Of a stretch of 64,000 nt of DNA, positions 25,919 through 39,770 are shown piece after piece. A program made the position numbers and the translations under genes. The notes beneath the pieces are model-generated. The model saw only the letters and a program-made list of their open reading frames with translations. It was not told where the DNA came from and ran no database searches. Location: NCBI GenBank assembly GCA_951406725.2, contig OX597836.1:620001-684000 (forward strand). Reading direction: 5' to 3'. The DNA is from Octopus vulgaris. Taxonomy: Eukaryota. How positions within the stretch are numbered: the stretch's first letter is position 1; each line of letters starts with the position of its first letter.

Positions 25919-26725
25919 TATATATATATCAGTAGCAACTCCAGCAGGTGGGCTGTTTAGGCGTAGCCCAAGTATAAATTTAATGAAGTGAACATATATT
26001 TGCTAACTGATTTAATTTCTGCCAACACTGACTTCAAATATGTTATTTCAGCCAATAAATCTGGCTCCTTCTATTGAGTCTGGTTGCAGTTCATATATTT
26101 TGGTTCAGTGTCTGGTGAATGTCTTAGCAGTGCCCTGTTTCAAAAAAAATATTTGTAGCAGATGTTCTCTTGACATCATTCACACAAGCCTGACTTGGGC
26201 TCAGAAGTTATTGCCGTAGTTGTTATCTATAATCATAAAAATTAAAATATTATTCAAATTCAATGTTTTCTGGAAACAACAAATTTTTATAGGATTTAAA
26301 TTCCAATCTATATAAATTTTCTGTTCTATAATATCACAGGATCAAAAATTATCTAGCAGCTTGGACTAATTAGAACGAGTATGGTAGATGAAAAAGACTA
26401 ACTGGCATCTCTTGTCAAGAGTACAGGCGAGAGTCAGATCACTGATGTTTGTTGTGCACTCAGCTGTCGTTATTTCATTGCTGATCGTCTGTGTGTAAAA
26501 ATCAGTTGTGTTTTGCAGGGTTGCCTAAGTTTTACCCTTAACTTTGAAATGGAGAAAGACATAGTGCTAGATATAAAAAATAAGCCATTTGGGGCTAGAA
26601 ATATTGCGGGAAAGCGTGAAATTCTTCGAACAGGCATGTGTCTTATGTGAAATCTGTGATCAACCCTAGTGACTAAATCTGTGATAAGCCTGAGTGATAC
26701 TGATGACCTGGAGTCACCTCTAATA

Positions 26726-26770
<45 letters not shown>

Positions 26771-27218
26771 TCTTGAGCATCTCACCAATGCTGTTGTCAG
26801 TTGTAGTCCTAATTCTGAATGTTCAGTTAAGTGACAAGGTTTATTTGAGTTGCTCCTTTTGATTTTTTGGATTCTATGTTTTATATGTATCTTACATCTA
26901 AGAGGATGTTAACCAATGTTTTACAGCATTATTTGAATCAATTCATGCAGAAGTTAGTGAAAACAGAATTTAATTTGCTATGCATCAATTAGTAATTGCA
27001 TTATGTAAGATTTTAACACACACACATTTATGCATATATTCAGACACACATACTTTGATTGATATATATATATATATACACACACACATACACACACATC
27101 CATATATATATATACAAACACATTGTATGTATAAATTTATACAATATCCTAATACATACATACAATCATGCACATATGTATATGTGTGTGTATATATGGC
27201 TATATATAACAAATCACA

Positions 27219-27264
<46 letters not shown>

Positions 27265-27725
27265 AATGCATACAGTTCAAGTGCAGATTTGATTGATTTT
27301 TTTTAATTATATTCTTTTGATTTTTATCAATATATACGTATACTTATGTGTATATATATCTATTGATAAGGTGAAACACTGTCCCTCAGGCAATGAAGCT
27401 AGGTGTTCATACTTTTCATTGTTGCTAGGAGGGCTACTTACACAATTTTTGCCTGGTTTTCCCATCACTTTTAACAAAGCATTTTGATATCCCTGTAAAA
27501 ACATGCCGGAGAAAAATCAAAATGCCCCCTGTTTTAATAACTTCATAGTAAAAATAACAAAAGTACATGGCTGCAAATTTTATGGGAGTGGATAATAAAT
27601 TTCACTGATGCTGGTCCTCACTATGATTGAATGAAAGTAACATTTGAGTTCAGTAGGATTTTAATAATAATAATAATGATAATAACTGTTTCTAGCTCCA
27701 CCTCCACCACCACCACCACAATAAA

Positions 27726-27758
<33 letters not shown>

Positions 27759-30133
27759 GTAATAAATTTGAATATTTCAAAATACAGTTGTTGATATCTA
27801 TGCACACACACACACGCGCGTGTGTGTATGTGTGTGTGTATCTTGGATGTTGTGCTGTTTTAGTGCTAAGAACCTTGCTGAACATATTTTTGAGAATATT
27901 GTATTTATTTATCTTGTTGTTGCTTTTCCTTCAATGATGATGATGATGATGATGATGATGATAAGAAGAGTGGAACTATCAGTGCAAATATTCTTTTCTT
28001 ATTTTTGCACAAGGCCAGAAATTTCAATGAATGATTCTGCCAGCTCACCACCTTAAACAATGCAAATATTACAACACTTTAGTTTTCTTTACAGTTTCTC
28101 TCAATTCCCTGTTGACTGAAATAAATTATTAATGATGGTGATGATGTTAATTGAAGTGATGAGTAGAATTATGATTTTCTTATAATTAAGCTCAAAGCCA
28201 ACTTGGCAGGGAATACAGTTGACTGAAGGGGAACAACTTTATCACTGATATTTATTCTGGTAAAGCATTCTGTTTGTAACTTGACTTGTTCTGTCCTTGG
28301 AAAATGATTTGACAACAAATTATAGGAACAAAAAAAAATGAGTTGTTGAGAATAATTTCTAACAAGAATTAATTTCTAACATCAGTTAAACTGATTCCTG
28401 TAATTGATCTCTGAAGAATAAAAAACAAAATTGACTATGGTGTGATTTGAACTCAGAAAGTACTAAAAAAGCCTACAAATCACTTCATCAGGGGTGCTAC
28501 CAATTCTATCTTGTCCCACAAATTAACAATAGTTTCTAACAGGACCAAAATATGTGGGGAGTATATGGTCAATGAGACTGACTCCAGCATTTGACTGCAA
28601 ATTTTCTAGTCACAACTCCCAAAGTCACTAAGTGACCTAGAGGAATTAAAATAGTTCAAGTTGGAAACAAAAGAAAACGTTTTGGGTTCAGCTCACCAGC
28701 GAACTACATCTTTGTCTATAGTGATGAATGTCAAAATATATCATCCTCCTCACCTCAGCATAGAGGTCTGGGCAATTATGTTAAGTCAGATTTCAGGAAT
28801 AGTCTGAGGAGACAGGGTGCTATGTTAAGTTTCAGGAGAAATAACTAAATGAGCAGTTGTTCATATCCTGTCACCAGCAATTATATATCTGTCAAAAAGC
28901 AATCAATTCTCAAATGCCACTGAGGAGGCCTCTTCATGGTCACTGGCTTACCTTAAAATAGTAGCAAAATATCTCTAAACTTACAGTTATTGATAAATTA
29001 CTGTTTGATTTAAGTGTAATTGATAAATTGAAAATTAGATAACAGGACAAAATGGTTACAATAGGATTGTCCCACTCCCTTTTTTAAATAATTTCTTCAT
29101 GGTCTTAGCCAGATATGATGTTGTATAACGGATAGCAGTATACTGATGGCATCTATTTTAGTTTACTGACTTAAAAAGGATTTGGGTTTCAAATGTAAAA
29201 AAATAAGACTAAAACAAGGTATTAAAAATTTACATGAATGAGGTATTAAAAATGGTTTTACAAATACCAATTACCAAATTTACACCATCAGGTGATTTAA
29301 TACCAAATCTACACCATCAGGTGATTTATTACATGTAATGACTCAGAAAAATTCAGTCTGAGAGAACAAGTTTGAATCTGATTGTACTGATGCTGGAAGA
29401 GACCAAACTATGTTGAAATAATTGTCCTTTGCTTATTACAACAATATATTCTCTGCAGGGACTATAATTCCAAAATTATTTTATAGTTATGTAAGAAATA
29501 GTCCAACAGTAGTGATTTTTCAAATTTTACACTCTAACTATAAATAATAATTCCTATTAGAAAAAAGATTCCCATCACAAAAGATCAGTTACTGAAACTG
29601 TTATTTGAGGTCTGTCTAATCATATGGATGTCGCAATAAGTTCATTGACCAATTCATATTTTCTCTCTCTTGTATTTGTTCCGTGCTTCAAGTTTCTGCA
29701 ATTCCCTTCCCTACTTCTGTCACATCTTATTGCATTCTAGGGAATAGGCAGGAATTCATATTTTAGTATAATATTGAGAAATGAAAGAAAGAAAACAAGA
29801 AAGAAAAAAAACCCATTTATATTTTCTTGTTTTACTTGCTGAGTCTGGATGAAAGAGTAGAGTCTATCAGGCTTTTTGGCCCCGAGACTTGCACGGCTGA
29901 GACAATTAATGCTCTCATTAAATTGCTGCTGGTCAACATCCACAGCAAAGACAAAGTAAAGAGAAAGGAGCTGGATGCACCAAGAGGGTGAAAGGGGAAG
30001 AGTCAAGTAGGTTGGCAGTGCCCGAGTGGAGGTATGAGATAAGTCAACTTCAAGGAGCAGAGTCCATTATAGTATCTTTCACACACACACACACACAAAT
30101 TTTATTGTATACATTTTTCCTATTTTGTAGTAA

Positions 30134-30167
<34 letters not shown>

Positions 30168-31161
30168 CATATAAGCAAACTAGTATAGGATGTTGACAGC
30201 TCCATAAGGAAGTGCTGATTACTGAATGTGGATGGAACTCATAGAGGGAGACCCAGGAAGATATGGGATGAAGTACTGAAGTACTGGATACTGGACCTTT
30301 TGGGGGAGATGACAAACAACTGTGCTATCTGGCACCTAGCTGTACTCAAGAAAACTTGTTGTCCACAGCAGAAGCATTAAGGCCACTGCCTCTGATAAAG
30401 AGGACTGGCCTACAAGAGCTCTGTGTCAGTTTTATGTAAAAAGCACTCATATCAGTGCCATGTAAGAGCACTTGTACTGGTGCCACATTAAAAACAGCAA
30501 GTGTACAGTGTAAAGTGGTTGACATTAGGAAGGGCATCATCCATAGAAACCAAGCCAAATCAGACTGGAACCTAGTACATCTCTTGGGCTTACCAGCTCT
30601 AGATGAACTGTCCAACTTGTGCCAGCATGGGAAATGGACGTTATAGGATGAGGATAATGATGATGATGATGTTATACATATATATATACGTGTGTGTGTG
30701 TGTGTGTGTATTGGTTTATGAATTTGAGAAAAATGTCATTATCAAAAAATGAGTGAATAGTCATTGTTGTAGAAGGTACAGTATCAGTCCATCCATGTTT
30801 TCAAGTAGTGCTTGAGATTTATTGCCGTTAAAAGAGAGATGATTGATAGAGTAACACAGGAAGATACTCTTAAGTTCTTTCTTTATGTAAGTCAATGCAA
30901 ATTTAATGTGTGGTGTGCAGATTGCATACGAATGATACACAGTCCAAGAAAGTTGAGTCATACTATTAATATAAAACTTGGCATAGTTGAATGTATCAGC
31001 AAGTAGATCGTTTATGCAATGAAAGAAGAGAACTGGCAACAAAATCTAGCTTTTGCATACATATACTGCATATATATACGTATACACACACACACACACA
31101 CACACATATATACATACACATATTATGTATACATAATATACATATATTGCATATATACGCA

Positions 31162-31212
<51 letters not shown>

Positions 31213-31325
31213 CACACACACACACACATATATATATATACATACACATATTATATATACATAATATACGTATATTGCATATATACACATATATATTATA
31301 TATATATATATTCATACACACTCAC

Positions 31326-32560
31326 ACACAAAGGGAAGTCAAAAATTATCTGCACCATAACATATCTTTGTTATTGTCACACTGCTTTCTGCGCATGCAT
31401 GATTATAGTTGGTACTATTGTGGTCATGTGATCGAAGTTCGAGCCTGATCATGCCATTTTTCTTTCTGGCTTTACAGTGTAATCATGGCCACTTCTCTAG
31501 CAATGTGCACCAAAGAGGAACAAAGCACAGTGATCCGATTTCTCTGGTTGAAAGGTATGTCAGGTGCTGAAATTCATCAGAGGCTTTTAGTACTATTCAG
31601 AGGACAGTGCAGTACTATGTAGAATTGTGTGTGAGTGGATCACAAAGCTTCAAAGTGGCTGGACAAACGTAACACACGAAGAATGGAGCAGGATGCCCGG
31701 CAACCTCCACCACTGATGAGAAGATTCAGCAAGCTTGATTGATGGTAATGGTGAACCAGTGAGTTATCATCGATGAGGTAGCTCGTTCTCTGCAGATTAG
31801 TCATGATTCTGCCTATCAAATCATCCATGATGAGCTTGGCTTCAATAAAGTCTGTGCAAGATGAATACCAAGAGAGCTCACTGCAGAGCACAAGTGCAAA
31901 CATCTTGAGGTCTGCCAACATTTACTCAATCACTACAACAATAAGAGCAAGGAACTTTTGAGCAGAATAGTCACAGGAAATGAAACGTGTGCCCATCATT
32001 ATGAGGCAGAATCCAGGAGAGAGAGTATGTAATGGAAACATCCTGTCTCATGAGCAACGAAGAAATTCAAGACTCAGTCTTCTGTGAGAAAAGTGATGCT
32101 AACCTTTTTTGGGGGACTCAAAAGGGCCTATACTACCAAGAAAAGGGGTGTACAATCAACAGTGCTTTGCTGGCCAACAAACTGAAGCCAGCAATTTGTA
32201 CCAAATGCTGAAGCCTATTGTCGAAGAAAGTTTTGTTGTTGCATGACAATGTATGCCCACACATGGACACCCAGACTGTTGAAACCATTAACCAATTGGG
32301 TTTTGAGGTGCTGTATCACCTGCCTACAGCCTACATCTCGCCCTTTGGACTGCTCAAAGATGGTTTACGAGGTTGTTCATTTCCTATGGATGAAGATGTG
32401 AATGAAGAGGGTGCATAAATAGTTGCATGACCAACTGAAAACCTTCTTCTTGGAGGAAATACACAAACTTGTGGACCGTTGGACCAAGTGCATCAAAAAG
32501 GAAGGAGACTATACGGAAAAATGACGTACTTGTTTCTCCCCTGCTTTTGTGTAAATACAT
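31326..32560 (+). mobile_element. Near-full-length decayed mariner
   Basis: ATG at 31485 gives MATSLAMCTKEEQSTVIRFLWLKG; further IVTGNETCAHHYE, VLLLHDNVCPH and a C-terminal KLVDRWTKCIKKEGDYTEK* ending at 32523; multiple stops and frameshifts. Confidence 0.9.
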
Positions 32561-32579
32561 CGTGAAGACAAGAAAAAAA

Positions 32580-32900
32580 CTGGCATATTGCTAGTTATGA
32601 CAATGAGGGTTACAGTTGATGCAGTCAATGGAACATCCTGCCTGTGAAATTAACATGCAAATGGCTGAGTACACCACAGACAGGTGTACCTTAAATGTAG
32701 TTCTCAGGGAGATTCAGCAGGAGACAGAATGTGACAAGTTCGACTCTTTGAATTACAGGTACTACCCATTTTTGCCAGCTGAGTGGACTGGAGCAATAAA
32801 GTGAAATAAAGTGTCCTGCTCAAGGTCACAATGCACCTCAGGGAATCGAACTTATGACCTTAAGGTCATGAGACAATTACCCTAACCATTAAGCCTAACA
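32580..32900 (-). mobile_element. tRNA-derived SINE with a V/CORE-like domain
   Basis: Minus strand: B box gttcgattcc followed by ttgtgaccttgagcaggacactt. Confidence 0.65.
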
Positions 32901-33124
32901 ACTATATATGTATGTGTGTGTATGTATCTCTTGCTCTCTCTTTCTCTCTCTCTATATATATAATAAATCAACATCATCATCGTTTAACATCCGCTTTCCA
33001 TGCTGTCATGGGTTGGATGGTTTGACTGAGGATTGGCAAGCCAGATGGCTGCATCAGGCTCCAGTCTGACCTGGCAGAGTTTCTACAGCTGGATGCCCTT
33101 CCTAACGCCAACCACTAATATAAA

Positions 33125-33545
33125 TATGATGGAGTACTCAAATGAAACTGGAATTTTGCAATATTATTTATTCACTTAATTTTACCTTTATCGTTTTGAA
33201 AGTATTCTCCAGTTGCAGTCCAGATACATTTTCCATTGTTTGAAGCAATCTTGGAACCCTTGTGAAGTGATTGTCTTTTAACACTTCTGTCATTTTTTCT
33301 TCACCTCTGCCTCATCTACAAAACGTTTCCCTTTAAGGACTTTCTGCATCAAAAAATGTTGCAGGAAGCAAGATCAGGTGAACAGGGAGGGTGGGTAAGT
33401 AGGGGGTCATGTTATTTTTAGTAAACAACTGTCTTACACCCACCCAAGGCGATGGGCACAGATGCATTGTCATGATGAAACCATCACTTTCCACTTTTCC
33501 ACAGGTTGGGGTGTTTTCATCTCACTGCATCTCACAAAATGTTTC
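33125..33545 (-). mobile_element. Mariner C-terminal fragment
   Basis: Minus strand gives HHDNASV and THPPCSPDLASCNIF-like motifs and GEYFQ near the end. Confidence 0.7.
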
Positions 33546-33649
33546 AGAACTGGAGCCTGGTGCAGCCTTCCAGTAGGTCATCCCAGTCTAACCATCCAAC
33601 CCATGCCAGCATGGATAATGGTCGTTAAATGATGATAAGGATATATAAA

Positions 33650-34110
33650 TATATATTATTAAATACTAACGTATTTGCTTTGTGTATTTTCCAGTGACTG
33701 CAATAGTGTAGAGGAGTATATAACTCTCATGTTGCCTTAGTTAAAACACCTTAGATTCATGGATAGTTGAGGTATCTCACCCTCAATCCTAATTGGGTGT
33801 GATGGACATTGATGTTTCACAATCTCTGTGGCTTTTCAACATCATGTACCCACCTGGGTTAAAGGCGAGTCACCTAGCCATTCCAATGACTTATATGCTC
33901 ATGGCTTGGAAAATCATGAGCTGGTATGCCTGGATTTTACAAGCCATGAGCATATGTCATTGAACTGGCCAGGTGACTTGCTTTCAACCCAAGTGAGGTA
34001 TTTTAACACTGATGTCATAAGAGTCATATACTCTGCTATGCTATTGCAGCTACCAGAAAATACACAAAGCATATACTTTAGTATATGTATTCAATAATAT
34101 TTATTATACT
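33650..34110. mobile_element. Older imperfect fold-back element with a hammerhead-like motif in the unpaired part of the left arm
   Basis: 33851-33918 is inverted at about 33933-33995, and 33673-33760 is inverted at about 33995-34075. Centre near 33926; (TA)n on the right. Confidence 0.7.
33800..33844 (-). ncRNA. Variant hammerhead-like motif (U3-A8 core), weak helix II
   Basis: Minus strand: UGAUG-UUGAAAA-GCCACAGAGAUUGU-GAAA-CAU-CA-AUGUC^CAUCA. Helix I is a perfect 5 bp, helix III is 4 bp, helix II is poorly paired. Confidence 0.5.
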
Positions 34111-34132
34111 ATAGTTGCCTTTAATTCTTGTA

Positions 34133-34213
<81 letters not shown>

Positions 34214-34214
34214 C

Positions 34215-35395
34215 CAAACCAAGAGAAAAATATAATTTTCTGTGATAGGAGGATTCTAATGAGATGACAAGCAAAAAGTCTCAAGCCATCTAAATGGGTC
34301 ACTAAGGGATAACAAACAATCCTATCTCAAACAAACATTGCTTGAGATGGAAAATAAGTCAAACACATGAAAAGGAGAGGGCACAAAAAGAAGCCAGGGC
34401 TGTCAAAAACATTAAGACAAACCACAAAGATTTGTATAGATATGCAAAAGAGTCTGCTTCAGTATGGTACAAAATAGGGCCCCTATTCAGAGAAAATGGC
34501 TCACTGGCTGCAGACTCCCAGAAGGTCAGCGAAATACTGAATGTGCAATACAAGAGTTTTCACCACTGCACTGGGGCACTTGCAAGTAGCTATGCCTGAT
34601 GAGTTCTTTGGCACCACAGCTCTACACAAAGAAATGGCAATTATTGTTGGCATCCAAATAGAGAAAACTGATGTGATATCAGCCATTGATAAAATGAGCT
34701 CAAATTCAGCTACAGGCCCTGATGGATTCCCAGTAATCATCCTAAAGAAATGTAAAGGGGTCTATTGAGACCACTTCAGATTCTCTCCAGAGCTTCCTTG
34801 CAACTGGGAGACTTCCCAAAAAGTTAAAGGATGCATGATATGCTTGTCCATAAAAGAGGTAGCAGAGCAGATGCTAAAAATTATAGAACTGTCTCTCTAA
34901 CCTCCCATGTCAGCAAAGTCATGGAATGCATTGTCAGGAAGAAACTCATTGCATTCCTTGAAGACAATGACTTGCTCCCTGACACCCAGCATGGCTTCCA
35001 CTCAGGCAGAAGCTACCTTACACAGCTTTTGTAGCATTATGACTGATTGTTGAAACAATTAATGAATCGCTCAAAAGTGGATGTAATATATCTTGACTTT
35101 GCAAAGGCCTTTGATAAAGTTGATCATAGGATGATATGTAACAAGCTATGGAAACTCAGCATAGCCAGGAAACTTGGAGAAAGGTTGTATGACTTCTTAA
35201 AAGACAGAAGCCAGGCTGTGACAGCCAATGGAGCCCTCTCAAAGGAGACAATAATAGAGGTGAAGTTTCTCAGGGAACTGTATTGGGGCTGCTGCTGTTC
35301 ATCGGGGCTCTTTCAGACAAGCCATCAGTTACACAGGCAGCCACACTTACTAGCTATGCCAACAACACAAAAGTAGTACAAGTAGTCAAAAATGT
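34215..35395 (+). mobile_element. Decayed CR1/L2-group LINE RT fragment related to the 18-19.6 kb element
   Basis: ATGPDGFP, YRTVSLTSH, QHGFHSGRS and YLDFAKAFDKVDH lie in shifting frames with stops; both ends run into microsatellites. Confidence 0.9.
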
Positions 35396-35418
35396 TTGCA
35401 TATTCTTAACATGTGTGC

Positions 35419-35468
<50 letters not shown>

Positions 35469-36108
35469 ATAGGCATACATATAAATATATGTCTGTTTTG
35501 CTATTTTATCTATCAACCATTTGTTAACTTATATATCTCATCCATCCATCCACCACTGCATAAATTTGGGGTTTTCATGTTTTTTTCTTTTGCTGTTGAA
35601 AGCGAGCAGGTTAGCAGGACTCCACTGGTAGATGCTCTCGAGGTCTTTGTTTATGTAAATCAATGCATGTTTAGTATGTGGTGTGTAAATTGCATGTGAC
35701 TGATACATAGTCAAGGAAAGTTAGGATGGCATCAATAAAAGGAAAGGAAAGAAAGGAGAGAAGAAAAGGAAAAAAAAATTACATCCACTGGCACATACAC
35801 ACACATACTCATGAACATGCAAACATAGATATGAATACATGCACTCACATGGATACATAAACGAAGCACTGTAGCAGAATCAAGGGTAGGAGGATCAAGT
35901 CTAGGGGAGCGGTAGCAGGAAAAGCAACAACTACAATAACAAGGAGGAGGATGATAATGACAACAACAATAATTGCAGCAATAAAAAGGAGGATTTCTGA
36001 CAATACGTAGCATTATAGAAATAAAAAGGTTTGTTCAGGCAAGGTTTGAAGGATACAGAAAAGACTGAAAATGGGTATAAATGCACAACATACAAGTATG
36101 TGTGTATA

Positions 36109-36155
<47 letters not shown>

Positions 36156-36852
36156 ATACGTACACTGACTGAAGACAAATATTAAAGGGAGAGGTTTTAA
36201 AATAAGCAGCCATGCACATAACAACTTGGTTGGGAAAAACAAAAACAAAATAAAAAACATTAAAAGCAGCAATAGCAAAAGAAAAAAAAATTAAACAATT
36301 AAACAACAATAGAGTTTTAAAAAAGCATTAACAATAGCAACAATGACAACAACAATGGCAAAAGAAAAATAAATACAAATATTTGATAATTTTTGTTGTA
36401 ACTAATTTTGTTAATATTGTATTAATGAATATAATCAATATATTATGAACAAATAAATCAAGATTAGCTAGATGTAATATATGAAACAGAGAAATTTTCA
36501 TTCAAAAACAAATAATTACTAAAGAATATTTTAATGATCTGAATATGTAAAAACAGGTAAAAATTGAATTTTTTTTTAAATGACAGAAAGGAACAGAAAA
36601 CTGAAATTGCAAGTAAAAATAAAATTTGAAAAACAGAACTTAAAGATTTTCATAATTGTTTTCAATTGTCTAAGCTTTTGCAAGGATTAAAGAATGTATA
36701 TCAAGAAATCTAAAGATTATATATGTACAGGGGTGAGTGTGTGTGTCTGCGTGAGCAAGTATCTATATGCATGCGTATGTATGCATACATGCATATATAT
36801 ATATATGTGTGTGTGTGTGTACATACAGACATCATACATACATACATACATT

Positions 36853-36897
<45 letters not shown>

Positions 36898-37083
36898 CAT
36901 ATACATACATACATACACACACACACATAGGTGAGGCATGGCTGTGTGGTAAGAAGGCTCTGAGTTCAGTTCCACTGTGTGGTACCTTGAACAAGTGACC
37001 TCTACTATAGCCCTGATCCTTGTGAGTGGATTTCTTAGATGGAAACTGAAGGAAGCCAGTTATATATATATATATATATATAT

Positions 37084-37556
37084 GAAAAAACAAGTCAAGA
37101 TAGAAAATGCTAAAATAATTTTATAAAGAACATTTCAGTACTGGTTTCAGTCATTTTGAGACCTTTTTAACTGTAACGATTAAATAATTAAATTTAGAAA
37201 AATTAAAAGAAAAGTTTTTTTAAAAGAATATTTGTATAGTGTTCAAATATAAGTGGCATTTTCTTTGTTTCTGCCTTTCTCTGTCTCTCTTGTTTACACT
37301 TGTGGGTTCGAGGTCGTTATGAATTCACAACGACCTCGAACCCACAAGTGTAAACAAGAGCGACAGAGAAAGGCAGAATGCCACTTATATTTGAACACTA
37401 TACAAATATTCTTTTAAAAACTTTTCTTTTAATTTTTCTAAATTTAATTATTTAATCGTTACAGTTGAAAAGGTCTCAAAATGACTGAAACCAGTACTGA
37501 AATGTTCTTTATAAAATTATTTTAGCATTTTCTATCTTGACTTGTTTTTCCATATA
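37084..37556. mobile_element. ~470-bp near-perfect palindromic (fold-back) element, probable Penelope-like pseudo-LTR hairpin
   Basis: Arms of ~235 bp are centred on GAATTC at 37321-37326, with only a few mismatches and one ~10-bp indel. Flanked by (TA)n. A single-arm relative lies at about 23275-23510. Confidence 0.85.
37457..37504 (+). ncRNA. Variant minimal hammerhead (U3-A8 core), right arm of the 470-bp palindrome
   Basis: CGUUACAG-UUGAAAA-GGUC-UCAAAAU-GACU-GAAA-CCA-GUA^CUGAAAUG; same family as 23420-23455. The left-arm copy (37131-37178, minus) has UUAAAAA, i.e. a G5A change. Confidence 0.6.
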
Positions 37557-37587
37557 TATCAACTCGTGTGTTCCTTTTTATCCTAAT

Positions 37588-37631
<44 letters not shown>

Positions 37632-39539
37632 GATGTATATATAAATGCATATATAGTATGTAGATAGGATTAAAATCCAGCTATGTTTTCATGAAGCATA
37701 TCTGCATATTTCAGTATTCCAAAATTGCATGTAGAAGTTAAAATTGTGTGAGGTGTGCATAAGAGCTGAAAAATGCAGGAAAATAGTTTTTATAGAGTAA
37801 TTACATGTAAAAAGCAGGTGATTGGAAAAACTAATAAATAACATAAAAAAATGTTTCTGTTCTGCTGTTTTGTTATATAAATATATTACACAAGCCTGAA
37901 ACATACATGCTAAAGGATTTCAAAAGATCCCTATTTGGTTTGACTTCATTATTACAACGAATGCAACTTGATGCCAGTACAAATTGGTCGGTCTTGACTC
38001 CACCTATGTGAATACTCTAACAACAATTTGGAGTAGTTTGTTATATTTGACTCAATTTGAAAAAATTCTGGTACCATGCAATGCTTCCTAGTGTAACATG
38101 AATAAAAAAAAAAATTGTGCTTGTGTTTCTCCTCCACCACTGCTTGATAACTAGTGTTGGTTTGTTTATGTCTCTGTTTGTTGGCAAAGGAGACTAATAG
38201 AAGTATAAGGCTTTAAAAAATTACTGAGGTTGATTTATTCAACTGAACCCTTTAAGGTGATGCCCCAGCATTGCTGCAGTCCAATGAGTGAAACTACATA
38301 GTTGCAAAGAAAGCATCTTAGCCACACAGCCATTTCTGCACCTATTTTACAATACAATGCACAAACATAATACACATATTTACATACATATACAAACACA
38401 CACACACACATATATATTATATATATATACATACATATATATGTATATTTATAAATACATACACAAATCTGTGTGTGTGTGCAAAATTATTGTCTTGATT
38501 CTTAAACCAGTAGAGTACATTGTGTTCTTAGTAAAGCTCTTCATTTTATGTTGTTCCAATTCAGTCCTTTGTTAAAAGGTAACCCTGTAACAGACTAGCA
38601 TTCTATTTAGTAGTGAATGTTGGCCTGCTCTTCAAACCAGCAAGGCGGCATCATTTGAAAGCTAAAACGATGCAAGGAAGTGCATTGTGACTAGCAGAAT
38701 ATAAGAACAGCCAATAGCCTGGGCAATACAGGCACACATAGATACATATGCATAGATTGTTTGAATTGGTGTATAAATTTTATATAGTAAGAATAAGAAG
38801 GTTGTTAGGATTTATTTTGTGAGAGACAACAATGCCAGATAAATAGTTTTTATTCAAATTCTAACTACCTTCTTTATCTGAATATATGTGTTTGTGTATG
38901 TGTGTGTGTGTGTGATGTCATCCAGTTGTAAAAATCAAGCCAAAGCAGACCTCACCAGTGCTGATGTCATGTAAAAAGCACTCATGCTACTCTGTAAAGT
39001 GGTTGGCATTAGGAAAGGCATCCAGCTGTAAAAACCATGGCAAAAGAGAGAGTAAAGCCTGGTGCAGCCCTCTGGCTTGCCGGTTTCTGTCAAGCTATCG
39101 AACCTATGTCAGCATGGAAAGTGGACATTAAATGATGATCTCACACACACACACATTACAGATAGACAGACAGATAACGCTAGAAAATCTGTTGCATCTT
39201 TGGCAAGAATAAAAGGTCCTTCCAAGCCTACCCTTAATAGAGAGTAACACAATGAGAGAATGAAGAGGTGAGAAAGTGAGTAACACGGACCAAGTACTAG
39301 AGACATGAGTAAAGGTAACAGAGACCTGGGTGACAGCAGGATGAATAACAGACACTTGAATGATAAGAACAATTGGAGAAGAATGAGATGCTATCAAGGG
39401 GGTCAAAGATATAGCCCTGGCAGTGTGTGTTTGTGTGTGTACACACACACATCTACATATATGTATTTACATAGAAATACATACATGTACATACATTTTA
39501 ACATTTGTTTTATCCTGCCTGGATAGGCAGGTAAGTCTT

Positions 39540-39770
39540 CTCTCCTACAGAATGCTATCAATCAACAATGTTCTTTTGTCACCTCCTCTGTGAGTGTCAC
39601 CAACTTCAGATTGTCTTTATTAATTTGCTCCAAGTCTTTCTTGATATCTCACTTTTTCAGGTTGTAAATACTTTGAGCATGCAGCACCTCATTATACAGC
39701 TGTCCTTCTCCATACACATCTCATGCTCATACCAACACAGTCTTCTCTTTTGCACACTACATCTGTCAGT
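39540..39770 (-). mobile_element. RTE-clade LINE 3' remnant
   Basis: Minus strand gives VQKRRLCWYEHEMCMEKDSC, resembling the RTE RRLRWxGHVxRM motif. Confidence 0.55.
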
